Below, piece after piece: positions 39,613-49,441 of a stretch of 64,000 nt of DNA. This DNA comes from Actinomycetota bacterium (GTDB lineage Bacteria > Actinomycetota > Geothermincolia > Geothermincolales > RBG-13-55-18). The notes beneath the pieces were generated by a model. That model made no database searches. It was not told the DNA's origin and saw only the letters and a program-made list of their open reading frames with translations. The stretch's first letter is position 1; each line of letters begins with the position of its first letter. The translations under genes were made by a program, and so were the position numbers. Location of the stretch: positions 19,292 to 83,291 of the forward strand of contig JAXHVT010000034.1 of assembly GCA_034188985.1 (NCBI GenBank). The letters are read 5' to 3'.

Positions 39613-41793
39613 TTACGCCAGCATCGGGTCCATGCTGAGGGCGGGATGGCCCTTCTCCTCCAGCCAGGGGAGGATCTCCTCCTCGGTCTCCCCGACCTCC
39701 TCGTCGGCGATCTTGCTTACAAAGTCCGGGTCGCCCATCTCCTCGCAGCGCTTCTCCAGCTGCTCCTTGAGGGTTTCCTTCAAGTCCTTGGGCATCCACA
39801 CGATGCGCTCGAATCCCCCCTCCGCGGAGATGAACTTCTTGGAGGTGATGTACACCTTCCCGATGCCGATGAAACCGGGCGTCACGTTTCCACCGCCTAC
39901 GGTATTGGCCAGGGTCGAGAAGGCCATACCGCAGGGGGTCATACCGGTGAACTCGCGGTTGACGATCATAACCCCGTTGCACATAGGCAGGAATGCGACG
40001 ATGCACTCGAAGCACCCGCAGGAGGTCATGGGGCTCTCCATCATGGTGTACATATATACATTCTCCACATTGCCCCCGGACTTGTCCTTCACGAATTCGT
40101 TTATCGCCGGCCATTCGCCCCTGACCTCGTCGGTGCAGTCTCCCTTCTTCACCGGCTGGTTGGGACCGGTGGGGTCGATCTCGTAAGCGGCCTTACCGTC
40201 CAGCCAGTTATAGGCGCCGCACAGACCCAACCTCTCGGGGGAGATAATACATACGTGGTTGGGGGCGAAGGACTGGCAGAGGGTGCAGGAGTAGAAGGTG
40301 TCCACGGAATCGTCGGTCATCCCCGCCGTCTTTTCGTCGCGGTAGCGGTAGGCCTTGCGGGCGATCTCCTCCCATTCCTCGCACTTATCCAGCTCGGTGT
40401 ACAGGGTAACCTGCACCTTGTCAACGATGGAGGGGAAATCGTTGATGAGTTTGGCGTGGATAATGTCGCCGTAATGGTGGATCTTGAAGCCCTTTGCCTG
40501 GGCCTTCTTGCTGATGCGCGTCCACACGATATCGCGCTGGCCCATATGCCATATACCCTCGGCGCCGTTGATGAGATGGTGAATCTGGCGCTCCAGGATG
40601 GACTCGAAGTCCTCCTGCATCTTGCGGCCGGCCACCTCCACCACGATGCCCAGGGGCAGGGCGGCCCCTTCCTCAATGTCGTCGATCTCCGGGCCTACCA
40701 CCTCGATCTTATTGTCTTCCACCTCGTCGATCTCGCGCATCTTGACGTACTCGAATGCGGGGGTGATGTTCCCGCCGAACTGCATGTACATATCCGCCTT
40801 GCGGATAACCTCCCCCTCGAAAGCGGGGCCGTAGGCCATGGGGATGGGGATCTCGGCGATCTGGATCTTCAGTCCACGCACCTCCACGCATTTCTGCACG
40901 ATATCCTCCTCCGGCACGTCCGATACCACGTGCTCGTAGGTACACACGCCGGTGGGCAGAATCTCGGGTATCTTGGTGTTGGCGATGGTCGGGAAGCCAT
41001 AGTTGATAGCTCCCGCCGCGTATGCGTACTTCAATTCGTCCACATAGTCCAGCGCCAGGACGAAAGCGAAGATGCGGTTCTTGTTATAGCGCAGGACCTT
41101 GCTGAAGTCCCCGGGCTGGGCGCCGCCGAAGGACATAGCCGCCCTGGCCGCGAATCCCAGCGAGTATACCGCCGAGGTTATCTCTCTCCCGTAGGGTACG
41201 ATACGGGTATCCCATCCGAGCTGACGCTCCCTCTCGATGAGCTGATCGGTGATAGTCTTGTCTCCGATGCCTCCGGATATCCATACATAGAGGTTCTTCT
41301 CCAGCAGTTCCACCACGATCTTGTCGGCCATCTCGGCGCTGGAGGCCAGCCCGGTGAGAGCGCAGAAACCGGGGGCGGTACCGTCCACGAACTCCACGCC
41401 ACGCTCGCGCATAATCACGTCGTCGGCGGCTCCCAGCCAGACATCATCCACCGGGGGATCGGTTACGTATCTGCATCCCTCGATGATCTCCCCCGAGAAA
41501 AGGGTTGCTACTCCCGCGTCCAATGTGTGACCTAGGTAGGGCACCCAGTGACCCTGCCTGGGTACGGGGGGCAGAAGTTGCTTGCTTATCTCGAGGACTT
41601 TGGCCATATCCTCAACTTTCTCCACCTTTATACCGCTGAGGGCATATATGATGGGGAGATAGTATCCGGTGTTGGGGAACTCCACACTGGCGGTGGCACC
41701 GGTGGCCTCCACCGTCTCGTTGAACATACGCTCGGCCCTCGCGAATTCCTTGTAGGCTCCCTTGATAGCTGCGGTCGCGATTATTCTACTCAT
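39613..41793 (-). CDS. acsB: Acetyl-CoA synthase (CODH/ACS complex ACS subunit).
   Basis: 726 aa. It has the conserved ACS N-terminus and the A-cluster region CTLCQSFAPNHVCIISPERLGLCGAYNWLDG with the Cys-Gly-Cys-type Ni site. Confidence 0.9.
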   Translation of the reverse strand: MSRIIATAAIKGAYKEFARAERMFNETVEATGATASVEFPNTGYYLPIIYALSGIKVEKVEDMAKVLEISKQLLPPVPRQGHWVPYLGHTLDAGVATLFSGEIIEGCRYVTDPPVDDVWLGAADDVIMRERGVEFVDGTAPGFCALTGLASSAEMADKIVVELLEKNLYVWISGGIGDKTITDQLIERERQLGWDTRIVPYGREITSAVYSLGFAARAAMSFGGAQPGDFSKVLRYNKNRIFAFVLALDYVDELKYAYAAGAINYGFPTIANTKIPEILPTGVCTYEHVVSDVPEEDIVQKCVEVRGLKIQIAEIPIPMAYGPAFEGEVIRKADMYMQFGGNITPAFEYVKMREIDEVEDNKIEVVGPEIDDIEEGAALPLGIVVEVAGRKMQEDFESILERQIHHLINGAEGIWHMGQRDIVWTRISKKAQAKGFKIHHYGDIIHAKLINDFPSIVDKVQVTLYTELDKCEEWEEIARKAYRYRDEKTAGMTDDSVDTFYSCTLCQSFAPNHVCIISPERLGLCGAYNWLDGKAAYEIDPTGPNQPVKKGDCTDEVRGEWPAINEFVKDKSGGNVENVYMYTMMESPMTSCGCFECIVAFLPMCNGVMIVNREFTGMTPCGMAFSTLANTVGGGNVTPGFIGIGKVYITSKKFISAEGGFERIVWMPKDLKETLKEQLEKRCEEMGDPDFVSKIADEEVGETEEEILPWLEEKGHPALSMDPMLA

Positions 41794-43739
41794 TAGATCT
41801 CCAACTCCCTCCGCATAGCCATATCGAAGAGTACCCTCTCGCGCTTGGCCATGATGCCCAGGGCCTCGCGCTTGCCGTCGATGTGACTGAGGATCTTTCC
41901 GACCATCTTCTCGGGATCGGGCTCGTAGTCCCAGGTGTTCTTGAAGTACTCGGCGTAATCCTCGAAGAGGAACTTGGTGACCTTCTCACTGCCGCTTGTC
42001 GGCCACTTGACGCCGAACACAGTGTAGACTCCCGAGGTCACGAAGTACTCCCCGATCGAGATAGCCTTTTCACTCATCCACTCCGGCGCACATCCGGCTA
42101 CGGGGAGATCGCTGATGTCGTCTCCCAGTCCTCCTTCGTGGACCATGGCCGTACAGGCGATAAGGATGCGGCTGTTGTCCACACAGGATCCCACGTGCAG
42201 GACGGGCGGTATTCCAACCGCCTCGCAGATCTCCCATAGGCCCTGCGGGCAGATATTCCTGGCCACCTCGGGCAGCATCAATCCGGCCTTGGCCGCGGCT
42301 TGGGCAGCGCATCCGGTCATGACAACCAGGCAGCCGTTGGCGATGAGTTCCCGCGTCACCCTGACGTGGATGTCATCATGCTTGACACGTGGGTTGTTAC
42401 ACCCCACCACGCCCACCACGCCTCGTATGCGGCCGTCGATTATCCCGTCGTTGAGCGGCCGGTAGGAGGAGCGGTAACGCCCCCCCAACATGTAATTTAT
42501 GTACTCGTGGTCAAAGCCGCCGATCAGTTGCTCCTGTGAATCCGGGATGTATACCTTACCCCGGTTGGGGAAGTTGTCTATGGCCCCGGATACTATCTCC
42601 TTGGCTATCTCCAGGGCACGGTCCTCGTGGAACTCGATATGCTTCGCGTAGGGCATCTTGGCCTTGGGGGAAGTGGTAATAATATCCGAGTGCAGGCAGC
42701 TCGCTATCTGTCCTATCCCCTGGTAGATACACTGTACGTCGACCACCATGGCCTCCACGGCGCCCGTAAGCAGCGCCAGCTCCTGCTGCAGCACGTTGCC
42801 GGCGATGGGGATGCCGTGGCGCATCAGTATCTCGTTCGCCGTACAGCAGATACCGGAGAGGTTGATGCCCTTGGCGCCCACCTTCTCGGCCTTCTCCTGC
42901 ATCTCCGGCAGGTTGGTGGCCAGCACGATCATCTCGGAGAGGATGGGCTCGTGGCCATGGACGATTATATTTACCATGTCCTCGTCCAGAACACCGAGAT
43001 TGATATTGCCCTGCATCGGTGTGGGGGTGCCGAAGAGAATGTCCTGCAGCTCCGTGCCTATCATTGAGCCGCCCCAGCCATCGGCGATAGCCCCGCGAGC
43101 GGCGCCTATCAGGATGTTCTTGTACTCCTGGTCAACGCCTATATGGGTACGGTGTATTATCTCCACGATCTCGCGGTCGATGCCACGGGGGAACACTCCC
43201 GCCTGCCTCCACAGTTCCTTGCGCTTCTCCGGCGCACGCAGCGCGTACGCCAGCTCGCCCTCCTGCTGTCCGAACATAGCCAGGGAGCGCTCGCCGACCT
43301 CCAGGGCTATCTCCTCGAGGGGCCTGTCGTCCATTTCGATATCCAGGTACCTGGCTACTTCCAGGAGCTTGAGGTAGTCCTTGACCTCATAGTCACTGGC
43401 CTCTCCCTTGGCCGCCATGATCAGGGTTTCGGCCACGGCCCGGCCATGGTCGGAATGGGCGGATGCTCCGCCGGCGACCATGCGGGCGAAATTACGGGCT
43501 GCTATGGTGTCGATATCCGCACCACAGACGCCCCGGGATTCCTCGGCCTTCTTGGGGTTAATGCGGCAGGGGCCCATGGAACATATGCGGCAACAGGTTC
43601 CCTGCTCTCCGAAGGCGCATCCCTTCTGCTTGGCAACACGCTGGAAGGCGGTCTCTTGCTCCTCTTCGTCCGCCTTTCTCAGCATATCCAAGGTTGCTTC
43701 GCATGATGTTAGTTCGTCGTTTTCTGCCATACCAGTCAT
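41793..43739 (-). CDS. acsA: Anaerobic Ni,Fe-carbon monoxide dehydrogenase catalytic subunit.
   Basis: The N-terminal B/D-cluster cysteines (CAFGEQGTCCRICSMGPCRI) and C-cluster motifs are present. 648 aa. Confidence 0.9.
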   Translation of the reverse strand: MTGMAENDELTSCEATLDMLRKADEEEQETAFQRVAKQKGCAFGEQGTCCRICSMGPCRINPKKAEESRGVCGADIDTIAARNFARMVAGGASAHSDHGRAVAETLIMAAKGEASDYEVKDYLKLLEVARYLDIEMDDRPLEEIALEVGERSLAMFGQQEGELAYALRAPEKRKELWRQAGVFPRGIDREIVEIIHRTHIGVDQEYKNILIGAARGAIADGWGGSMIGTELQDILFGTPTPMQGNINLGVLDEDMVNIIVHGHEPILSEMIVLATNLPEMQEKAEKVGAKGINLSGICCTANEILMRHGIPIAGNVLQQELALLTGAVEAMVVDVQCIYQGIGQIASCLHSDIITTSPKAKMPYAKHIEFHEDRALEIAKEIVSGAIDNFPNRGKVYIPDSQEQLIGGFDHEYINYMLGGRYRSSYRPLNDGIIDGRIRGVVGVVGCNNPRVKHDDIHVRVTRELIANGCLVVMTGCAAQAAAKAGLMLPEVARNICPQGLWEICEAVGIPPVLHVGSCVDNSRILIACTAMVHEGGLGDDISDLPVAGCAPEWMSEKAISIGEYFVTSGVYTVFGVKWPTSGSEKVTKFLFEDYAEYFKNTWDYEPDPEKMVGKILSHIDGKREALGIMAKRERVLFDMAMRRELEI

Positions 43740-43790
43740 TCCTCCTGTGGAATCTCTCAGGTCCTTCGCGAACCCCGTGTATTTAAAAGC

Positions 43791-44732
43791 CTATCCCGAG
43801 AGATCGGCTATTAATTGTTTGGTCAGCTTGATGGACTCGGGATGCCGCAATACCACTATGTTCGCTCCGGAAAGCAGCAGGGGTACGGCGGTAAGCGCTT
43901 CCCACATGATGCCGCGCTTCTTCGGGTCCCCCCACTCCGGGTATTCATCCTCGGAGCTCTTGGCCTCCTTGGTCTTCCAGGCCTGAAAACCCACGTTGCC
44001 CAGCATGGGCATCTGGGTCATGGAGTCGTCCTGGGATAAGGCGGCTATCTTGAGGCGCTCCATCACCGAGTAGGTATACTCCAGGCCGTAGCCCAGGGCC
44101 CCAGTGGTGGGATCGATGACCAGCTTGTCCTCCTCCATACCGAGGTTGGTGAGGAGGATGTTGAGCTGCTTGGCCAGGTTGACGTCGATGGGGGTCATGC
44201 CGCACACCGTCTGCTTGTAACCGATGGCGGGAGCACCCACCTTCTTGAAATTCTCCTCCTTTGCCGGGCCGATTAGCAGGTTCTTGCCCTCCGCCTTGGT
44301 GGCCACCACCTTGGCCATATCGGCGTCCTTGTCGTTATCCTCGGTGCCGTACACGATAACCGGCACATCGACGGCCTCCTCCACCTTGAGCACCGTCTCC
44401 GCTGCTTCCTCCGGCGAGGCGTCGGTGCCCTTGGGGTCCGTGGAGGTCAACAGCAGGAATATGGCGTCAGCGCCCCATTCCTCCACAGCCTTCTTGGACC
44501 AGGCCACCGGGTCGTTCTTGACGTCGCCCAAGGCCGCCTCCAGCGCCGGGGCCATCTCCTCGACCTCGTCCATTACCTCGGCCGCCACGATCGGTGAGTC
44601 AGGCATCTCCCCCTCCCATAGATAGAAGGGCATGCAGTTCTCTCCACCCGCCTTCTTGGCCTTGTCGCCGGTCCCCAGCAATACCTCTCTAACCTTGCCT
44701 TTGGCGGTTTCCGTCGGGAGATCGAAAGCCAT
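43791..44732 (-). CDS. acsD: Corrinoid iron-sulfur protein small subunit (CFeSP delta).
   Basis: ~313 aa TIM-barrel protein with the likely start MAFDLPTE. The family pattern and its position within the acs operon support the call. Confidence 0.75.
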   Translation of the reverse strand: MAFDLPTETAKGKVREVLLGTGDKAKKAGGENCMPFYLWEGEMPDSPIVAAEVMDEVEEMAPALEAALGDVKNDPVAWSKKAVEEWGADAIFLLLTSTDPKGTDASPEEAAETVLKVEEAVDVPVIVYGTEDNDKDADMAKVVATKAEGKNLLIGPAKEENFKKVGAPAIGYKQTVCGMTPIDVNLAKQLNILLTNLGMEEDKLVIDPTTGALGYGLEYTYSVMERLKIAALSQDDSMTQMPMLGNVGFQAWKTKEAKSSEDEYPEWGDPKKRGIMWEALTAVPLLLSGANIVVLRHPESIKLTKQLIADLSG

Positions 44733-44808
44733 CTCATCTCTCCTTTCCCGTATCCTCAACTACCATTGCTATGATATTCCTTACAGGCCTTTCGCACACT
44801 GTCGATCA

Positions 44809-45747
44809 TCATTCCAAGCCATACTGAATCCTGCATGCACGCAGGGCGTTCTTCATCAACATGCGGTTGGTCACCGAGCCCACTCCCCCGGGCACTGGGG
44901 TTATGGCCTTGGTCATATCCTTCACCGATTCGAAGGCCACGTCCCCCACCGTCTTGGTCTTGGGCTTGCCTTTCTCGTTGAGTACCGGCTCGCCCTTGTC
45001 ATCCAGTACCTTGACGCGGTTGATCCCTACATCTATTACTATCGCTCCCTCCTTGACCTGATCGGGACCGATGAGGTCGGCCTTGCCGGCCGCGATGATG
45101 AGGATGTTCGCGCCTTTAGTGTGTTTTTCGAGGTTGTTCTTCATGGAGGTGAACACGTGGGCTACGGTGGTAGTGGCGTTGCGGTTGAGCATGAGGAAAG
45201 CCAGCGGCTTGCCCACTATGTTGGAATGGCCGACGACCACTACCTCCGCTCCCTCGTAGAAATCCACCGGGTCCACCTTCTCGAACTCCCTGGCGTAGCG
45301 ATCCAGGATCTCCACTACTGCCGAGGGCGTGGCGGGAGGAAAGGTGGGCTCGCCCAGGGCCAGCTTTCCCATATTGAAGGGATGGAAGCAGTCGATATCC
45401 TTGCCGACATCGATGGAGTTTATGACCGCGCTGTCCGAGACACTCTCGGGAAAGGGGCGCAGGGGAAGGATCCCGCTGACGGCCTTGTCCTCATTCAGCT
45501 TCTTTACTATCTCTATGACCTGTTCCTCGCCCACGTCCTCGGGCGGATTCTCATTGACGTAATTGAAGCCGGCTTCCTCGCAGAACCTCTCCACCTGCCT
45601 GCGGTACATATTGGCCCCGAAATCATCGCCCACCAGTAAGGTGGCGATCCCGGGCGCGGCCCCTTTGGCCTTGAGGGCCTCGGTTTCCTTCACGATCTCC
45701 TTCATAAGCTCATCGCCTATGGCGACACAATCGATGACGGTGGTCAT
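44809..45747 (-). CDS. folD: Bifunctional methylene-THF dehydrogenase / methenyl-THF cyclohydrolase.
   Basis: ATLLVGDD..ANMYRRQVERFCEEAGF..., VVVGHSNIVGKPLAFLMLNRNATTTVAHVFT and GGVGSVTNRMLMKNALRA. Confidence 0.9.
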   Translation of the reverse strand: MTTVIDCVAIGDELMKEIVKETEALKAKGAAPGIATLLVGDDFGANMYRRQVERFCEEAGFNYVNENPPEDVGEEQVIEIVKKLNEDKAVSGILPLRPFPESVSDSAVINSIDVGKDIDCFHPFNMGKLALGEPTFPPATPSAVVEILDRYAREFEKVDPVDFYEGAEVVVVGHSNIVGKPLAFLMLNRNATTTVAHVFTSMKNNLEKHTKGANILIIAAGKADLIGPDQVKEGAIVIDVGINRVKVLDDKGEPVLNEKGKPKTKTVGDVAFESVKDMTKAITPVPGGVGSVTNRMLMKNALRACRIQYGLE

Positions 45748-45838
45748 CTTTTCCGCTCCTTTCCCTTGAGATCATCCCTCCCGGGATTTCACTGCCATTT
45801 ACTGCATGTATCTCCAACTCCTGGGCCTGGAATATACA

Positions 45839-46465
45839 TCAGCCCAGCTTATCGTAGGTCAACTCCACCACGCGATCCCGCAGCTCCGCCGTCTCCCGCA
45901 GTATCTCCTGGATCCGGGACCACTTGCTGGCCGTGAAGTCGGAGTCCTCGATGCTGTTTACGTTTATCTTCACGTTGAGCGCCGCGCTCTGGGCCGCCGC
46001 GTCGGCCAGGAGTACGGCCACCCCCGCATCGCTTACCGCCCCCACGTTGCCGATCTCGGCGGAGGTCAGGGAGAGGCGTGCCGCCTCCAGGCATTTCTCG
46101 GTGATCTCGAAGGGCACCTCCGTGGCCTTCTTGAGGGCTTTCTGAACCTCTTCCTTACGCCTGGCCTTCTCCTCCTCCGTCTCCCGGGGAAGTTTGAAAG
46201 CGGCGGAGACGTCCGCATATACCTCCGTGTCTTTCTGGATAAGGCCCTGCAGTTGTTCGCGAAATGCTTCCGAGGATTTGAGCAGCTCTTCCACCTGGTC
46301 CTGAACGTCTGCGTATTTCTCCTTGCCAAGAGTGAGATTTCCTACCATGGAAACCAGCGCGGCCCCCAACGCTCCTACGAGCGCGGAAACCGAACCACCG
46401 CCCGGCTCCGGTGACCTGGAGGCGAGCTTGTCAAGAAATACGATCATGGGCTTCTCTACGTACAT
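45839..46465 (-). CDS. fchA: Methenyl-THF cyclohydrolase / formimino-THF cyclodeaminase-domain protein.
   Basis: The start MYVEKP is preceded by GGAGG. SRSPEPGGGSVSALVGALGAALVSMV is the cyclodeaminase family signature. Confidence 0.75.
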   Translation of the reverse strand: MYVEKPMIVFLDKLASRSPEPGGGSVSALVGALGAALVSMVGNLTLGKEKYADVQDQVEELLKSSEAFREQLQGLIQKDTEVYADVSAAFKLPRETEEEKARRKEEVQKALKKATEVPFEITEKCLEAARLSLTSAEIGNVGAVSDAGVAVLLADAAAQSAALNVKINVNSIEDSDFTASKWSRIQEILRETAELRDRVVELTYDKLG

Positions 46466-46562
46466 TTTCAGACCTCCCCGGTCCAAATCTTAATTATTTC
46501 ACTATTTTTATTTTTATGCCATATTTTTTATCCTTTGATTCCCGCACCGACCTGCCACCATC
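46466..46562. promoter_or_regulatory. AT-rich internal promoter/spacer splitting the WL cluster between cooC and fchA.
   Basis: ttaattatttcactatttttatttttatgccatattttttatcctttg sits inside an otherwise ~60% GC locus, directly upstream of the fchA RBS. Confidence 0.4.
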
Positions 46563-47330
46563 CTAGCCGGAGCCCATTCCAAGCTCGGCCTGGAGTATCT
46601 TCTCCACCGCCAGCCTGGCGGCGCTGTCCTCCGGCAGCTCCGGAAGTGGCTTGCCTTCCTGGTCAAACTCCCTCACCAGGGAATCCTCGGGGATCGTTCC
46701 CGCCAGTTCCAGGTTGGCCTCCTCGATCATGTTCTCCAACCTGCCGGCCAGTCCGTCGGCCACCCTGCTTATCACCAGTTTCATACGCTGTATGTTCAGC
46801 TTCAAATCCCGGGCCAGGTCGCGGATACGCATGGCCGTCTCCACCCCCCTTACCGAGGGATCCGAGACTATGAACATGGTGTTTACACCCTTGGTGGTGC
46901 GCCGGGAGAGATGCTCCATACCGGCCTCGTTGTCCATGACCACGTATTCATAGTGATTGACCATGATGTCGAGGTAACGTCGAAAGATGTTGTTCAGATA
47001 GCAATAGCAGCCCGGACCCTCCGGCCTTCCCATGGAAATGAGATCGAAGCCCTTTTCCTCCACCAGCGCCTGCTGCAGCAAGGTCTCCACCCAGACCTCC
47101 TTGGACATACCCGCCGGCATGCGGGAGATGTTCTCGGTGAGATGCTCCCTTACCGATCCGATAGTCGCTTCGGCCCTGGTTCCCAGCGTCAGGTCCAGGT
47201 TGGAGTTGGAGTCGGCGTCTACGGCCAACACCGGCTTACCGGTGATCCTGACCAGGTAATCCACGGTAAGCGCGCAGAAAGTAGTCTTTCCCGTGCCTCC
47301 TTTTCCCGCTGCAGCCAGAACGTAAGTCAT
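46563..47330 (-). CDS. cooC: CODH nickel-insertion accessory ATPase (CooC/AcsF, MinD/ParA-like).
   Basis: MTYVLAAAGKGGTGKTT is a deviant Walker A. ...DADSNSNL...CYCYLNN. Confidence 0.85.
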   Translation of the reverse strand: MTYVLAAAGKGGTGKTTFCALTVDYLVRITGKPVLAVDADSNSNLDLTLGTRAEATIGSVREHLTENISRMPAGMSKEVWVETLLQQALVEEKGFDLISMGRPEGPGCYCYLNNIFRRYLDIMVNHYEYVVMDNEAGMEHLSRRTTKGVNTMFIVSDPSVRGVETAMRIRDLARDLKLNIQRMKLVISRVADGLAGRLENMIEEANLELAGTIPEDSLVREFDQEGKPLPELPEDSAARLAVEKILQAELGMGSG

Positions 47331-47331
47331 C

Positions 47332-49368
47332 TCATTCCCCTTCCCCCCCGCAGTTTCCGGCAACCTCCGCGGCCCGGCTCTGCATGGCCCTGTACTCCTC
47401 TATTTTCTCCACGACCGAGGGAAAGGCGTCCAGGTTGGTGTGAGGGAAAAACAGGGCCGACATGTAACGGTCCATGAACTGGGAGCTGGTGGAAAGCTCC
47501 AGGTAGGTCATCTGTCCGGCTATCTCGTCGGCCTTGTTCATCATATCCTTGGACAGGGCCGAGAGATGAGCTCCCAGCAGAGAGCCGTTTCCTACGAACT
47601 TTATCTTGTCGTAACCTATATCCGGCAGCAGCCCGATGTTCACCGCCTTGTCCACCTGCAGGTAGCGCCCGAAGGCACCAGCTATGAGGAGTTCATCGAT
47701 AAACGGAACCTCCAGGTCCATGGAGGACACCAGTATCTCGATGCCGGCGTAGACCGCCGCCTTGGCCCGCATGAGGTTGTCAATATCCACCTCGGTGACC
47801 ACTATGTCCCTGCGGGTGGCGGAATCCTCCGCCCACACCAGCACGTACTCCGCGCCCCCCTCGATGGAACGTACCCGGTCGGTGGGCAGGTCTACGTTTA
47901 TTCTGCCCTTCTCGTTCATGATGCCGGTCAGATACATCTCGGAGAGGCAGTCGATAAGCCCCGACCCGCATATACCTATGGGCTTGCGCCGGCCTACACT
48001 TATGATCATGGGCTCGTAGTCGATGGGGTTGATACGTACCTGCTCGATGGCGCCGCGGGTGGCCCGCATGCCGTTCTTCACCCCGCCTCCCTCGAATGCG
48101 GGGCCGGCGGAGCACGAGCAAGACAGCATCCAGTCCCGGTTGCCCAGGACCATCTCGCCGTTGGTGCCGATGTCGATATACAGAGTCAACTTATTGGTGT
48201 TGAAGATACCCGAGGCCAGCATACCCGCGGTTATATCGCCGCCCACGTAGCTGGAAATGCACGGTATAGCGTGCAGGTAAACCCCGGCCGCTATACGCAA
48301 CCCCAGGTCGCTGCATTTTATCCAGGGAAAGAAGGTGGCGGACGGTATATAAGGCTCCTCCCTTATATACTTGGGGTTTAGGCCCAGAAGCAGGTGCATC
48401 ATGGTCGTGTTGCCCGCCACCACCATGTGTGTCACGTCACAGTATTCTATGCCCGCCTCCTCCACCAGGTTCCTGATGAGGTTCCAGATGGTGCCGACCA
48501 CAACCGACTGTAGCTTGGCTAGGCCCGTTCCTTTGGTGGCATAGATAATGCGGGTTATGACGTCCTCTCCGAAGGCCACCTGGGCGTTGTAATCGGCCGC
48601 CCTGGACATCACCTTTCCCGTCTTCAAGTCCACGAGCTCGGCGCTGATGGTGGTGGTGCCCACGTCGACGGCGATGCAGGACTGCCTTTGGGAGGTATCT
48701 CCCTGCTCGATACGTACGGCGCGCAGTTCCTCGCCGCTGTCAAGAACGGTCACCGTAACGTCCCAATCGCTCTGGCGTATCATGTTCGGCAGGCGCTGCA
48801 GTACGGGATAATCGATTACCACGCCATGTAGGCTCGCCTCCACCGACAGGCCGCGTTTGATCCTCTCCGCGTCGCTGGTGTTGTCATCGAGTGTGGGCTC
48901 GGAAAGCACGAGGTGCACCTTGCGCGTGGAGGGATTAAGCTCCCATTCCGGCAGGCGTTTCTCCCAATCCTCCGCCGAAAGCAGATAGCCGTGGGCGGGC
49001 TCCGGCTCCTTGCGCTCGAAGATACGTTTATCGCCGATGCGTGACTCCAGTGGAATGGTCACCTTCAAGTCGCTCAACACCCTGGCCTGGCAGGCCAGCG
49101 CGTAACCCTTCTTGATGTCCGCCTCTTTCATCTTGGGGTTTGGCTCCCTCTCTACCTCCCCTTCCTCCACGATCACGCGGCATTTGCCGCACGATCCAGC
49201 GCCGCCGCACGAGGCGTTTATGTGCACGTCCGCGTCCATGGCCGCTTTGAGCAGGCTCTCTCCCTTCCCGACCACTATATATCGGTTATCCGGCATGAAC
49301 AGGACTCTACAGTTTCCGTTATCCAATGACATTCCTTTATCCTTTACAGCCGCCTTTTTCAAACGCAT
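47332..49368 (-). CDS. Reductive activator of the corrinoid Fe-S protein (RACo; 2Fe-2S ferredoxin plus ASKHA ATPase).
   Basis: An N-terminal plant-type ferredoxin (CGGAGSCGKCRV) is followed by a large ASKHA-fold domain (VDVGTTTISAELVD; IDIGTNGEMVLG). Confidence 0.8.
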   Translation of the reverse strand: MRLKKAAVKDKGMSLDNGNCRVLFMPDNRYIVVGKGESLLKAAMDADVHINASCGGAGSCGKCRVIVEEGEVEREPNPKMKEADIKKGYALACQARVLSDLKVTIPLESRIGDKRIFERKEPEPAHGYLLSAEDWEKRLPEWELNPSTRKVHLVLSEPTLDDNTSDAERIKRGLSVEASLHGVVIDYPVLQRLPNMIRQSDWDVTVTVLDSGEELRAVRIEQGDTSQRQSCIAVDVGTTTISAELVDLKTGKVMSRAADYNAQVAFGEDVITRIIYATKGTGLAKLQSVVVGTIWNLIRNLVEEAGIEYCDVTHMVVAGNTTMMHLLLGLNPKYIREEPYIPSATFFPWIKCSDLGLRIAAGVYLHAIPCISSYVGGDITAGMLASGIFNTNKLTLYIDIGTNGEMVLGNRDWMLSCSCSAGPAFEGGGVKNGMRATRGAIEQVRINPIDYEPMIISVGRRKPIGICGSGLIDCLSEMYLTGIMNEKGRINVDLPTDRVRSIEGGAEYVLVWAEDSATRRDIVVTEVDIDNLMRAKAAVYAGIEILVSSMDLEVPFIDELLIAGAFGRYLQVDKAVNIGLLPDIGYDKIKFVGNGSLLGAHLSALSKDMMNKADEIAGQMTYLELSTSSQFMDRYMSALFFPHTNLDAFPSVVEKIEEYRAMQSRAAEVAGNCGGEGE

Positions 49369-49441
49369 CCCTGCCGGTGCCCCGGTCCAGGGACCGGGGC
49401 ACCAAGCTTACAGCACATATTCAGTCTATCCTATATCGGCG